Source of the DNA: Polyangiaceae bacterium
Lineage (GTDB): Bacteria > Myxococcota_A > Polyangia > Polyangiales > Polyangiaceae
Direction of reading: 5' to 3'
Assembly (NCBI GenBank): GCA_044222475.1
Contig: JBGANF010000003.1
Location: 64,001-128,000 of the forward strand
DNA length: 64,000 nt
Within the stretch, counting starts at the first letter, position 1; each line of letters starts with the position of its first letter. Below, one piece after another: positions 8,428-18,931 of this stretch. The notes below the pieces were generated by a model. It was not told where the DNA came from and did no database searches. It saw only the letters and a program-made list of their open reading frames with translations. Made by a program: the position numbers and the translations under genes.

Positions 8428-9957
8428 CTACGATCGCTGCTGGAGCTGCTGCAGCAAGATCGCTTGGCGCTCGAGCTCTGCCCGGGCGCTGCGCAGCTCT
8501 TCGCCGCTCTCGGCTCGGACGCGAGCGGCGTGCTCCTGCGCCAGGGCCTGGCGGAGGGCGTCGATCTCGGTCATGGCGCTGCCTTGCGCCGGCACGGGCG
8601 CGGTGGCCTGCGCGGGCGCGCGTGACAGCTCGGCGATCCGCCATCGAGCCGCCTCGAGCTCTCCTCGCAGCTCGGCGCTCGTGCGAGCGAGCGCGTCGAG
8701 TCGCTTCTTGAGATCGATGACCTCCGCGTCGTTCGTCGGATTGGCGGCGAGCGTCGGCCCCTCTTCGGCCATGGTGAGCAGCTCTTTGACGAGCCGCTCG
8801 CGCCGGTGGACCTCGGCTTCGAGCTCGGCGATGGCTTCGCCTCGCTCGCGGAGCTTCTCTTCGAGCGCGGCGAGCTCGCCCTCGTGCGCGGCCTGGTAGG
8901 CGGCGACGCGCTCGAGCTCGTTCTCGACGCGGGCGAGGACGGTGCGATCGACGCGGGTCTCGCCCATCGCGGCGAGCTCTGCGCGCACGGCGATGACCTC
9001 GTTCGCGCTCTCGCGCAGGGCGTCCTCGGTGGCGCCGAGCCGCTCGCGCAGCGCAATGATGGTCTGCTCGGCGAGGCGCACGCCGTCTTCGAGCGCGGCG
9101 ATGCGCTCCGCGTCGGCCGGCGCGGTCTGGACGGACTGCGACAGCTCGGACGCCAGCCGCTCGCGCAGGCGCCGCTCTTGGTCGAGCTCGCTCACGAGGC
9201 GCTCGCTGCGCTCGCGCTCGATGGCGAGCGCCTCGCGGAGCTCTTCGAGCTGCGTTCCGAGCATGTCGGCACGGAGCACCGCCTCCGCGAGCGGCGCGAC
9301 GTGGCTCTGCTCTGCGGCCGGCGAGGGCCGCGCCGGCACGTCCGGAAGTTGCACGATGGAGTAGCGGTCGAGCTCGACCGCGGTGGCCGAAGCGACCGCG
9401 ACCCAGGCCTCGGGCTCGCCGGGGGTGCCCGCGAGGTCGGTGTGGACGGCGACGCCTTCGTCGATCTCCTCGGAGCCGAGCTCGGCGAACGCGACGCCGT
9501 GGAAGCCGACGCGCGCGACCATCCGCACGTCGTTCCACTGGAGCGCGAGGAGATCGAAGAGCTGGTAGTAGTCGAAGCGTTGGTGGGGGCCGCCGTTCGC
9601 GGCCGAGATCATCGCGACGCCGGCATCACCCAAGACGCGGCGGAGGCGGACGACGAGGGCCTCGGGCTCGGGGACGAGCGCGAGGTCGGGGACGATCGCG
9701 ACGTCGAATGCGCCGTCGCGCACCTCGAAGTCGCCGTCGGGCAAGGTGCGCACGGACACGTTGCGAATCGACGTCGTCGGCGCGGCGGCGAGCGCGCGCT
9801 CGGGGCTAGGATCGTAGACGTGGACGACGCGGGCGCCCATGTCGACGAGCCGCTCGGCGAGCGCGTCGCTCGAGTCACCCACGACGAGAACGCGGCGACC
9901 GTCGAGGAGCGGCTCGGCGAACGCGAGGAGAGCGGAAGCATCGTGCGTCGAAGGCAT
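8428..9957 (-). CDS. SAM-methyltransferase-like N-terminal domain plus long coiled coil
   Basis: GRRVLVVG...VHVYDP, 'DGAFDVAI', 'LRRVLGDAGVAMIS' resemble a class I MTase fold; the rest is E/L/R-rich heptads. Confidence 0.65.
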   Translation of the reverse strand: MPSTHDASALLAFAEPLLDGRRVLVVGDSSDALAERLVDMGARVVHVYDPSPERALAAAPTTSIRNVSVRTLPDGDFEVRDGAFDVAIVPDLALVPEPEALVVRLRRVLGDAGVAMISAANGGPHQRFDYYQLFDLLALQWNDVRMVARVGFHGVAFAELGSEEIDEGVAVHTDLAGTPGEPEAWVAVASATAVELDRYSIVQLPDVPARPSPAAEQSHVAPLAEAVLRADMLGTQLEELREALAIERERSERLVSELDQERRLRERLASELSQSVQTAPADAERIAALEDGVRLAEQTIIALRERLGATEDALRESANEVIAVRAELAAMGETRVDRTVLARVENELERVAAYQAAHEGELAALEEKLRERGEAIAELEAEVHRRERLVKELLTMAEEGPTLAANPTNDAEVIDLKKRLDALARTSAELRGELEAARWRIAELSRAPAQATAPVPAQGSAMTEIDALRQALAQEHAARVRAESGEELRSARAELERQAILLQQLQQRS

Positions 9958-10003
9958 CGGCGGCGCAGGTTACTCCGCCTCGAACGGGGTCGAAAGCCCC
10001 CCG

Positions 10004-11743
10004 CTACGCGGCCGCGGCAGACTCTTCGACCGGCAGCCCCGCTTCGCGCCGGTTCTTGCCGCTCCAGTCGGCCTCGCCGGCGATCGTCTTCCTTCGGTCT
10101 CGCAACAGGCCGGAGACCTCGTCGACGAGGCCGACCGCGGCCCCCGCGAGCGGGAGCCTGGGCCAGAGCGGGTAGACGCGCTCCTCGGGGCGGCGCCCGG
10201 TGACGGGACGGGCGACTCCCTCGAGCTCGGCCGCCATCTTCGCCGCCGCGAACGAGCCGTCGAGCACGCGCACCAACACGCCGTAGCGTGGCGCCGGGGC
10301 GCCGCCGTCGAAGTCCCACGCCACGCCGAGCTCGATGCCGACGACGCCGGGCATCGCGAGCTTCGGCTGCGAGAGGAGGCGCACCTCGTCGGGGGACTTC
10401 GCACCACGCGGCACGTGCCCGACCGCGGCGACCGGACCGGACTTCGCGAGCGCATCGAAGCAGTGACGGAGGAGCTCGGTCGTTCGACGCGTCGTCGCCC
10501 CGAGCTCGACCTCGGTCGCGGTGAAGAAGATCGGGACGAGGATCGATGCGTCGAGGAGGACGAGGTAGGGCGCGTCGGCGCGGAGGCGCGTCGCCACGAC
10601 GGCGACGACGACGGTGATCATCATCACCGCGAGGAAGGTCCAGCGACCGCGCGCGCGCGTGCCGTCGAACGGGCTGGCGGAGTCGTCGCTCTTGCCGAAC
10701 ACGGTGGCCGGGTCGAGCGAGCTCCACGATCCCGGCGCCATCACCGGCGAAGGACGCGGGCGCGCGCGCACCGCGGCGAGGACGAGCGCGCAGCCGAGGA
10801 GCGCGCCACCGAGCAGATGGCGCTCGGTGATTTGAGCGTGAATCGCCGCGCCGAACGCGAGCGCGGCGGCGTACGGCGACCACGTCGCCGCGATGGGGAC
10901 GAGACCGCGGAGCTCGACCGCGCGCGCCCGAGCGCGGACGGCGGAGATCTTCGCTCGCAACACGAGGAGCAGCGCGAGACCGACGAAGCCGACGAACGCC
11001 CATCGCAGCGATGGGTCGGACTTGGCGCTTGCCTCGGCCTTGGGAGGCGGACGAAGCGCTGCGTCGAAGGGCGTACTGAGCGCCTTCTTGTCGACGCGCA
11101 CGCGAAAGACGGCGCCCTCGCTGCGTGCGACGTGCGGTCGCACGAGCTCGAGCTCGTCGCGATCCGCCTTGCGCCGGAGCGTGCTCAGCACCGCGTCGTC
11201 CGCGGCCCCGTCGGACTTCGCTTGCGGCTCGGTCGGCGCCGACGGCAGATCGAACACGACGCGCATCCCGTCGATCCCCTCGCGCTGCGCGGGGGCGCGG
11301 AACGAGAGCTCGAGGAACGCGCCGTCGTAGCGGAGCGATTGGGTCGCGTTCCCGTCGGCGTGGACGACGAACGTGTAGTTTCCACGCTTCAGACCCTTCG
11401 CGTCGTCGACCGAGAGGTGAAGCTTGCCTTTGTCGCTGACGACGAAGAGGGGGAGCGTGCTTCCGTCTTCCGCGACGACCGTCCCTTGGGGATCGAACGC
11501 GAGCGCGTCCCCGCTCGAGTCGAGCTCGAGCTCGACGCCGCGCAGCGTTCCAGCGACGACGCGGTAGGAAAGGCGGTACTCGGCGCGGAGCGGGCCGGCG
11601 CGATCGACGCTGACGCGGACGTCGACGCCGGCGGCGTGGACCTCCTGCCACTGCGCCGGCGCCGCATGGCCGAGCTGCGCGAGGGCGAGGAACGCGACGA
11701 GGGAGAGAAAGAGGGCCAGCCAGGTCGGGCGCCGTGCGTACAT
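10004..11743 (-). CDS. Multi-pass membrane protein with exported N-terminal domain (weakly DUF2207-like)
   Basis: Signal peptide, beta-rich domain, about five hydrophobic segments, soluble C-terminus. Confidence 0.6.
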   Translation of the reverse strand: MYARRPTWLALFLSLVAFLALAQLGHAAPAQWQEVHAAGVDVRVSVDRAGPLRAEYRLSYRVVAGTLRGVELELDSSGDALAFDPQGTVVAEDGSTLPLFVVSDKGKLHLSVDDAKGLKRGNYTFVVHADGNATQSLRYDGAFLELSFRAPAQREGIDGMRVVFDLPSAPTEPQAKSDGAADDAVLSTLRRKADRDELELVRPHVARSEGAVFRVRVDKKALSTPFDAALRPPPKAEASAKSDPSLRWAFVGFVGLALLLVLRAKISAVRARARAVELRGLVPIAATWSPYAAALAFGAAIHAQITERHLLGGALLGCALVLAAVRARPRPSPVMAPGSWSSLDPATVFGKSDDSASPFDGTRARGRWTFLAVMMITVVVAVVATRLRADAPYLVLLDASILVPIFFTATEVELGATTRRTTELLRHCFDALAKSGPVAAVGHVPRGAKSPDEVRLLSQPKLAMPGVVGIELGVAWDFDGGAPAPRYGVLVRVLDGSFAAAKMAAELEGVARPVTGRRPEERVYPLWPRLPLAGAAVGLVDEVSGLLRDRRKTIAGEADWSGKNRREAGLPVEESAAAA

Positions 11744-11814
11744 ATCCTACATCTACGCACCTGCCTCCGGGGGGCCAACAAAGTGGCGCCAACCGGGCTC
11801 ATCTAGCTGAAATG

Positions 11815-13812
11815 TCAGCGGAAAAGTCGGACGCCTACGGTGAGAAAATCGGCCACCTCGGCGCGGGGTACGCGCACCGAGAGGTTGAGGGCGCCGGCCG
11901 GCGCGTCCGCCTTCGTGCCCTCCTCGGAGAACCAGAACGGGACGGCGACCATGCCGGCGTCGCTCGTCGTCATGCCGTAGAGCGGATCGTCGTCGAGGGC
12001 GTAGCCCGGGGTCCGGGTCGACCACGCGATCGGCAGCTTCATCCCGAGCCCGCGCAGCGACATGAAGCCGCCTGCGTTGCTCTTCGCCGAGCGGAGCGGG
12101 TCGAGATCCATCCGCTTCGCGAGCGAGTCGGTCGCGGCGAGGGTCGCCTTCGCCTTGGCGATGAGCGTGGGCATGTCCATCGCGGTGAAGAGCCAGGTCC
12201 TGTCCCCATCTGGGACGAGGACGATCTGGAGCTTCGACGCCGTGTACGTCGGCTTCGGCGTCGGCGGAGCGGGACGCCCGGGCGGAGGCGGGGGCGGCGG
12301 GTTCATGTTCACGTCTTGGTTGAAGTCGACCAGCTCGAAGTGGACGTTGCCTGCCGGGAGATCCTTCACCGGCGCCGCCGTCTTCCACTGATCGATCGGC
12401 TCGGCGCTGCCGGACTGCATCGCCTTCTGCCACGCCACCACGTGCGGGCGGTTGAACGCGGCGAAGATCTCCTTGATCGGCACCTGGACCTTGGCGATCG
12501 GCGCCTCGATCCCGATCACGTCCCACCCGGCGACGAGCGAGAGCGCCGTCATCTGCTTCGCGGCGTCGGTCTTCTTCGATTGCCACGCGTTGACCGCCTG
12601 CGAGGCGGCGACGACGTCGACGCCGCGGCCGTAGACCATCGGGACGACGAACAGATCGGCGAGGTGGAGGAACGCGTCGGCGAACGCTTTGCGATCGGTC
12701 GCGTCGAGCTCGGAGCGCTTCTGGAGGACGTTCTCGAGCGCCTTGCTGCCGAGGAGCTTGGGCTGGGCGAGATCCGCGGCGTCGAAGCCGTGGATGAAGA
12801 ACGCCATCGCGGCGTCGCTCGGGATGCGCCCGAACGCGGCCGGCGGCGCATCGGCCTTCTCGGGGTGAGACACGAGGGCGCGCGCGAGCGCGGACGTCTT
12901 CTGCTTCAGCGTGATGCGGGCATCGCCCGTGCCCTGCTTGTCGTCGAGCGAGATGTCGAGCACGCCGTGCTGAGCGTCCATCCCCAGATCGAGTACGTCG
13001 GTCACGCCGGCGGTCACCGCCTCCTTGATCTCGGCGTCGCGGCCGAAGATGCTCTGCGCGAGCAGGCCAGCCTGGCTGCGGTTCTTGGTGAGGAAATCCT
13101 TGAACGCTTCGGGCCGAGCCTCGACGTGGATGTCGGCGGGGAACGACTGCCGCGTCACGGTGCGGGTGAGGAACGGAAGCGCGAGATCGCGCACGGCGCC
13201 GTCATCGGAGCAGACGACGCGGGCCGCCGCCGCGCCAAAGGCTGGCGCAAGCGCGCAACGTCGGAGGTCGGAGTAGTCGTCGTCATCATCGTCGTCGTCG
13301 TCGTCGTCGTTGCGCGTCGGCTTTGCCTTGTGGGCGAGCTCGAGGACGCCGTTCGGTCCTTTGACGAACGCGTAGCGGTCCGCGAGGGTCGGGGCGATCG
13401 ACTCGACCGTGCCCTTCAGCGGAACGGAGAGGACGAAGCGGATGCGCGGCACGACGCCGGGCTTCGCGTAGACGACGAAGTCGAACGGCTGCTCGAAGTC
13501 GGCGAGGCGGGCGAGCTTCTCGCCGATCATCTCGCGCAGGGGCCCTTGGCCTTCGATGTTCTGGCGCACCCAGGTGCTGAGCATGTCGAGCGAGCGCTGC
13601 GGCTTCGTCGCGCGGCCCCACGCGAACACCGTGTCGGGCGTCGGGACCGCGGAGAGATCGACCGCGGGCCCGGTGTCACCCCCGCCCTTCGGTGGCGTCG
13701 GGAGGGTGGCGACCGGCGGCGTCGGCTGGGCCTGGTTCCCGCCGCACGCGGCGGCAAGCAAAAGGAGGAGAGGAGCGAAGACGACGGAACGCGCGCGGAG
13801 TTTGCGGTGCAT
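11815..13812 (-). CDS. Large hypothetical lipoprotein
   Basis: LLLLLAAAC lipobox; 11-Asp tract and poly-Pro tract; typical codon usage. Confidence 0.75.
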   Translation of the reverse strand: MHRKLRARSVVFAPLLLLLAAACGGNQAQPTPPVATLPTPPKGGGDTGPAVDLSAVPTPDTVFAWGRATKPQRSLDMLSTWVRQNIEGQGPLREMIGEKLARLADFEQPFDFVVYAKPGVVPRIRFVLSVPLKGTVESIAPTLADRYAFVKGPNGVLELAHKAKPTRNDDDDDDDDDDDYSDLRRCALAPAFGAAAARVVCSDDGAVRDLALPFLTRTVTRQSFPADIHVEARPEAFKDFLTKNRSQAGLLAQSIFGRDAEIKEAVTAGVTDVLDLGMDAQHGVLDISLDDKQGTGDARITLKQKTSALARALVSHPEKADAPPAAFGRIPSDAAMAFFIHGFDAADLAQPKLLGSKALENVLQKRSELDATDRKAFADAFLHLADLFVVPMVYGRGVDVVAASQAVNAWQSKKTDAAKQMTALSLVAGWDVIGIEAPIAKVQVPIKEIFAAFNRPHVVAWQKAMQSGSAEPIDQWKTAAPVKDLPAGNVHFELVDFNQDVNMNPPPPPPPGRPAPPTPKPTYTASKLQIVLVPDGDRTWLFTAMDMPTLIAKAKATLAATDSLAKRMDLDPLRSAKSNAGGFMSLRGLGMKLPIAWSTRTPGYALDDDPLYGMTTSDAGMVAVPFWFSEEGTKADAPAGALNLSVRVPRAEVADFLTVGVRLFR

Positions 13813-13886
13813 GCGCGCGCGAGCATAGCAGGAAAAAAATACAAGCTTTTGCCCGCGCGGCGGCCGTGTCACAGACGAGGTTCGCC

Positions 13887-15980
13887 GTGGCCTCCATCCC
13901 GCTCAACCCAGCCCAGAAGCGAGCCGTCGAGCACGAGCTCGGTCCGCTGCTCGTCCTCGCCGGAGCCGGATCGGGAAAGACGCGCGTCATCACCGAACGC
14001 ATCGCTCGGCTCATGAGCCGCGGGTTCCCCGCGCGCACGATCGTCGCGCTCACGTTCACCAACAAGGCCGCCGGCGAGATGGCCGAGCGCATCCACAAGC
14101 TCGCCAAGGCGCGCGACATCGCCGCGAAGGACCTGAGCGTCTCGACCTTTCACTCGTTCGGCTTGATGGTCCTCTCGCGCGAGCGCGCCACCACCGGCGG
14201 GACGTTCACCATCTTCGATCAGGGCGACGCGCTCGGCGCGCTCAAGGAGGCGATGCGCAACGTCGACGCGGGCAAGCGCTTCGACGCACCAGCGATCCTC
14301 TCGCGCATCTCGATGGCGAAGAACGCGTTCCTCACCCCCGAGGACCTCGCCGCGAAGGACTCCGAGGACGCCTACGACGAGATCACGCGCATCGTCTACC
14401 CGAAGTACCAAGCGGCGCTCCGCAACTTCCGCGCGTACGACTTCGACGACCTCGTCTGCGAGGTCGCGCACCTGTTCAAGACCCGGCCCGACATCCTCGA
14501 GCGCTGGCAGGAGCGGTATCGTTTCGTCCTCGTCGACGAGTACCAGGACACGAACCGCGCCCAGCTCGAGCTCCTGCGGCTGCTCGCCGACAAGCACAAG
14601 AACGTCTGCGTCGTCGGCGACGACGACCAGTCGATCTACGCGTGGCGCGGCGCCGACGTGCGCAACATCCTCGACTTCGAGGCGCACTTCCCTGGCGCGG
14701 CGGTGGTGAAGCTCGAGCAGAACTACCGCTCGCGCGCACCGGTGCTCGCGGTCGCCAACGCGGTGATCTCGAAGCGTCAGGACTCGAAGCACCGCAAGGT
14801 CCTCTTCACCGACAAGATGGGCGGCGAGAAGGTGCGCATCGCCGCCTGCGCCACGCCCGAGGTCGAAGCGGCGTGGGTCGCCGAGAAGATCCGCGGTCTC
14901 GTGAAGGACCGCCAGGTGAAGGCGCGCGAGATCGCGGTGCTCTATCGGTCGAACGGGCAGGCGAAGGTCATCGAGGAGGCCCTCCGCGAGCAGGGCGTCG
15001 CGTATCGCGTCGTCGGTGGACAGCAGTTCTTCGAGCGGAAAGAGGTGAAGGACCTCCTCTCGTACTTGAAGCTCGCGCTCAACCGCTCCGACGAGATCGC
15101 GCTGCGTCGCGTGATCAACTACCCGGCGCGCGGCATCGGCGAGACGAGCGTCCAGCGCCTGTCGCTCCACGCTACCGGCCGCGGGTGGACGCTGTGGCAA
15201 GCGGTCGAGCGCGTCGACGCGCTCGACGAGATCGCGTCCAGCGCGCGCGACGGGTGCCACACGCTCGAGCGCCTGATGGGAACCGCTCGCAAGGCGCTGC
15301 TCGTGGAGCGCAAGCGCGCGAGCGAGGTCGCGCGGTGGCTCGCCGACGAGCTCCGCTTGCGCGCCGACATCGACGCGAGCTCGCCCTCGCCGCAGGCCGC
15401 CGCACGGCGCTGGGGCAACGTCGAGTCGCTGTTCTCGACGTTCACCAAGCGCGAAGCGCGCGAGGTCGCGTCAGGCAACGATCCGACCGGCGAGCAGGGC
15501 CTCGCGTCGTTCCTCCACGCCCTCACGATGCAGTTCGACGAAGGCACCGAAGAGGAGCAGGTGGGCCAGACGGTCACGCTGTCGACGCTGCACGGATCGA
15601 AGGGGCTCGAGTTCGACCACGTGTTCCTCATCGGCTGCGAGGAGGGCTACCTGCCCCACACCCGGACACTCGAGACGCGGGCCAACGACGCGAGCCAAGG
15701 CGAGGCGGCGCAGGAGCTCGGGGTGACGAGCGACATCGAGGAGGAGCGGCGCCTGTTCTACGTCGGCGTGACGCGCGCGCGCGAAGAGCTCGCCCTGACG
15801 CGGTGCCTCCACCGGCCGCTGCGCGGCAAGGCGGTGCCGCGCACGCCGAGCCGCTTCCTGATGGACATCCCGCCGGAGCTCGTCATCGAGGAGCAGGTGA
15901 CGATCGCGCCCCACCTCTCCCCCGAGTCGATGACCGAGCAGGCCAACGCCCTGCTCTCCGCGCTCGACGCGCTACGTTGA
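13887..15980 (+). CDS. UvrD/Rep/PcrA family SF1 DNA helicase
   Basis: LNPAQ, AGAGSGKT, TFTNKAA, VDEYQDTN, VGDDDQSIYAWRGA, LEQNYRS, TLHGSKGLEF, EERRLFYVGVTRA. GTG start 13887. Confidence 0.95.
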   Translation: MASIPLNPAQKRAVEHELGPLLVLAGAGSGKTRVITERIARLMSRGFPARTIVALTFTNKAAGEMAERIHKLAKARDIAAKDLSVSTFHSFGLMVLSRERATTGGTFTIFDQGDALGALKEAMRNVDAGKRFDAPAILSRISMAKNAFLTPEDLAAKDSEDAYDEITRIVYPKYQAALRNFRAYDFDDLVCEVAHLFKTRPDILERWQERYRFVLVDEYQDTNRAQLELLRLLADKHKNVCVVGDDDQSIYAWRGADVRNILDFEAHFPGAAVVKLEQNYRSRAPVLAVANAVISKRQDSKHRKVLFTDKMGGEKVRIAACATPEVEAAWVAEKIRGLVKDRQVKAREIAVLYRSNGQAKVIEEALREQGVAYRVVGGQQFFERKEVKDLLSYLKLALNRSDEIALRRVINYPARGIGETSVQRLSLHATGRGWTLWQAVERVDALDEIASSARDGCHTLERLMGTARKALLVERKRASEVARWLADELRLRADIDASSPSPQAAARRWGNVESLFSTFTKREAREVASGNDPTGEQGLASFLHALTMQFDEGTEEEQVGQTVTLSTLHGSKGLEFDHVFLIGCEEGYLPHTRTLETRANDASQGEAAQELGVTSDIEEERRLFYVGVTRAREELALTRCLHRPLRGKAVPRTPSRFLMDIPPELVIEEQVTIAPHLSPESMTEQANALLSALDALR

Positions 15981-15984
15981 GTCG

Positions 15985-16716
15985 ATGCCCGCACGGCTCC
16001 TCACCATCGGCGTGAGCCACTACTGCGAGAAGGCCCGTTGGGCGCTCGATCGCGCCGGCGTCGACTACGTCGAGGAGGCTCATGCGCCGTTGTTCCACGT
16101 CGTCCGCGGCCGCGGCACGCGACCGCGCTTCGTCGACGGTGCGGTCGACCTCGGCGACTCCACGGAGATCCTGAGGTACGTCGACCAACGCCTCGACGAC
16201 TCGAAGAAGTTGTATCCTACAGGCATCGGCGCGGCCGCGCTCGAAGCCGAGGAGCGGTGGGACCAGGGCCTCGGCGTCGAGGTGCGACGCGTCGTGTACG
16301 GCATGCTCGCGCACGAGCCGGAGCTCTTCGGCCGCCTCGGCACGCCGATGGCTCCAGCGATCGAGCAGCGGGTCGTCCGCGCCGTCCCCCGCCTCTTCCT
16401 CGCGCCGATCGTCCGCGCGTACCGAGCGGCGGGGCCGCCGCCGAAGGCCATTGCCCGCGCCGAGGCGGCGTTCGCCGAGGCCTCCGCGATCCTCGAGAGG
16501 CAGCCGTACCTCGCCGGCGACCGCTTCAGCGCCGCCGACCTGACGTTCGCCGCCCTGGCCGCGCCGGCGGTGTTCCCGGAGGGGCACCCCGCGATGCCCG
16601 CGTACCGAGACCTCGCCGGGACGAAGGTCGCCGCGTTCGTGACGCGGTTCCGCGACACGCGCGCGGGAGAGCACGTCCTGCGCATGTACCGCGAGCGGCG
16701 GCACGCCGCGGGTTGA
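15985..16716 (+). CDS. Glutathione S-transferase family protein
   Basis: SHYCEKARWALD, DSTEIL, YLAGDRFSAADLTFAAL. Confidence 0.88.
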   Translation: MPARLLTIGVSHYCEKARWALDRAGVDYVEEAHAPLFHVVRGRGTRPRFVDGAVDLGDSTEILRYVDQRLDDSKKLYPTGIGAAALEAEERWDQGLGVEVRRVVYGMLAHEPELFGRLGTPMAPAIEQRVVRAVPRLFLAPIVRAYRAAGPPPKAIARAEAAFAEASAILERQPYLAGDRFSAADLTFAALAAPAVFPEGHPAMPAYRDLAGTKVAAFVTRFRDTRAGEHVLRMYRERRHAAG

Positions 16717-16753
16717 TGCTTCGATCGCGGGACGGTGCTATTCCAGTGCACGC

Positions 16754-17221
16754 ATGGCGCTGATTTCGTGTCCCGATTGCGGCCGGCAGGTCTCCGACCT
16801 CGCCTATGCATGCCCGCAGTGCGCGCGTCCCATCGCCGAAACCATCAACCATCGCCCGGAGCGTGTGGTGCGGGACGCTCGCGCCGACGAAGCCGGCGAC
16901 GGCGTGGAACCTGGCATCCTCGCCCGGCGGCACCGCGACCGAATCGGCGCGCGGGCGCCAGGCGTCGTCAAGGCGTGCGTCACCTGCGGTCGAGACGTCA
17001 CCGAGGATCTGTTTCGGGCGAAGACGAAGACCGGCTACGTCTGCGCCGAGTGTCAGGACAAGGAGATCGACCGATACGTCGCCTGGCGAAACCGCTGGGG
17101 CAAGGTGGTCTGGATCGTGGTCGCGGTCGTGGTGGCGGGCGTCTCGATCGTCGGCCTGATGACCGTCGTGACGAGCATGTCGACGAGCAAGTCGGACGCG
17201 GTCGAGCCGGTCAAGAAGTGA
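16754..17221 (+). CDS. Zinc-ribbon membrane protein
   Basis: MALISCPDCGRQVSDLAYACPQC ribbon, a second CxxC...CxxC, C-terminal TM helix. Confidence 0.8.
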   Translation: MALISCPDCGRQVSDLAYACPQCARPIAETINHRPERVVRDARADEAGDGVEPGILARRHRDRIGARAPGVVKACVTCGRDVTEDLFRAKTKTGYVCAECQDKEIDRYVAWRNRWGKVVWIVVAVVVAGVSIVGLMTVVTSMSTSKSDAVEPVKK

Positions 17222-17227
17222 CGCACG

Positions 17228-17827
17228 TCAGGGCTTCGGACAGGTGACCAACGTTCCCGTGTCGGCGAGGTTCACTGCGTCGGTCGCGTCGATGATGGCG
17301 TCCTCGATCCCGACGATGGTGGCGTAGCTGGAGTCGGACTCGACGAAGCCCCAGCGTTTCACGGAGTACGTTTCGCCAAAGTCGGTGATCGTGGTCGTGA
17401 TCCAACGACGATCGTGCTGACCCGAGTCGAGCGTGCGCCTGATCTTGGGGAACTCGGCCCGCTGAGCCAGCGACTGGATCTTGCCCACCTTCCAGAGCGG
17501 CGCCGTCCCCCGGATGCAGCCCTTGCGCGGCTTCTCCACGACGACGACGAACGTCCCGTCCGCGTTCACCGTGACCGTGTAGATCGGACAGTCGCCGAAG
17601 CAGACGTCGGCGTGGAGCTTGGCGACGAAGCCCTTGCTCGGGTTCGGCCACACCCCGACGTCGATGCCCGCGTCGACGATGGGTGGGGCGACCTCGCTGG
17701 TGGCGTCCGCGGCCGCGTCGACCGGATCGGGGACGTGCGGAGCAGCGACCGGCTTGCGCGGCGGCTCTTCGGTCGCGTGGCACGCGGCGAGAACGACGGC
17801 GAGAAGACCGGTACGTCCGACGATCAT
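17228..17827 (-). CDS. Lipoprotein with DUF6438-like domain
   Basis: VVLAAC lipobox; CFGDCPIYTVTVNADGT motif. ATGA overlap with the upstream gene. Confidence 0.65.
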   Translation of the reverse strand: MIVGRTGLLAVVLAACHATEEPPRKPVAAPHVPDPVDAAADATSEVAPPIVDAGIDVGVWPNPSKGFVAKLHADVCFGDCPIYTVTVNADGTFVVVVEKPRKGCIRGTAPLWKVGKIQSLAQRAEFPKIRRTLDSGQHDRRWITTTITDFGETYSVKRWGFVESDSSYATIVGIEDAIIDATDAVNLADTGTLVTCPKP

Positions 17828-18930
17828 TTCCCGGTGCAGTCTCCGGTCATGCCAGCGATCCACTTCGTGACGAGATCGAGCCCCTCGTCGTGAACGAGGC
17901 TGCGCCCGATCTCCGGCATGGCGACCTGCGGTTGGGTCGACTTCATGCGGTAGATCATGATCGACTCCTCGGGCTTCCCCGGGACCACGTCGTAGAGGAA
18001 GGTGCCGGACCCCGGACCGGCGGCGACCGGTGACTTGCACGTACCAAGTCGGTACGGGTCGGCGATGTCGAAGCCGAGGTGGAGTCCGGTGGTGCGCGCC
18101 TCACCGACGTCGCTGTGGCAATGCCCGCAGTTGGAGTCGAGGTACGCCCGTGCGCGCACGTCGTTCGGGAGCGACGTGTCGGCCCACGAGGGCATCGTCT
18201 TCGTCGCCGGCTGCGGCGCGCCGCTGAGGATGCCGACCTTCGTCCAGTGCGCGAGTTGGTTCTCGGTGCCGCTCGGGTACGCGTAGTCCACGTTGAGCCG
18301 GTCGCCGCGCACGCCGATCGGCACCACCACGTTGGACTCCCCGTCCCCGTGGCACTTCTTGCATTGGTTCTGGTTCGGCACGAGGTACGACGCCGTGACG
18401 GCCGTCCCATCCTCCTTGACGAAGCTCACGTCGCGCGTCTGTCCGCCGGGACGGATTCGCGCCTCCTTCTGGTCGTCGTCCCAGACGTACGAGATCGCGC
18501 GGAACCCGGAGTCGGTGCGGTAGAGGAGGCGGGTCTCGATCCACTTCACTGGCTCGGGCTTGCGAAAGTCGGCCGGGTAGCCGAACGACTTGGTGACGAT
18601 CGATCCGACGGGAAGGTCGAAGACCTTGGTGTCGTCCCAGACGATCGACTGGCCCTTCGGTACCCAAATGGTACGAACCTTCACCGCGTAGTCCGAGAAG
18701 AGCGTGGCGCTCGGTTGGTAGGGGACGACCTCGGCCGAGAGAGGGACGATCTTCGCGTCCTGGACGCCGACCATGCAGTACGCCGAGAGCGTCGGCAGAG
18801 GGTCCACGAGGTAGCTCTTGTCGCTCGCCGGGGTGCACAGCGGCGCGGTGGGGGCGGGGGTGCTCGAGCACGCGACGAACGACGCTCCGAGCGCGAAGCC
18901 GAGCGCGAGAGCCGCGGTGCGGCCGCGCAC
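17824..18930 (-). CDS. SO2930/HNE_0200-type diheme c-type cytochrome lipoprotein
   Basis: CKKCH and CGHCH; LFSDYAVK, WIETRLL, ARAYLDSNC, MPEIGRSLVHDEG. GTG start 18930. Confidence 0.88.
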   Translation of the reverse strand: MRGRTAALALGFALGASFVACSSTPAPTAPLCTPASDKSYLVDPLPTLSAYCMVGVQDAKIVPLSAEVVPYQPSATLFSDYAVKVRTIWVPKGQSIVWDDTKVFDLPVGSIVTKSFGYPADFRKPEPVKWIETRLLYRTDSGFRAISYVWDDDQKEARIRPGGQTRDVSFVKEDGTAVTASYLVPNQNQCKKCHGDGESNVVVPIGVRGDRLNVDYAYPSGTENQLAHWTKVGILSGAPQPATKTMPSWADTSLPNDVRARAYLDSNCGHCHSDVGEARTTGLHLGFDIADPYRLGTCKSPVAAGPGSGTFLYDVVPGKPEESIMIYRMKSTQPQVAMPEIGRSLVHDEGLDLVTKWIAGMTGDCTGK

Positions 18931-18931
18931 G

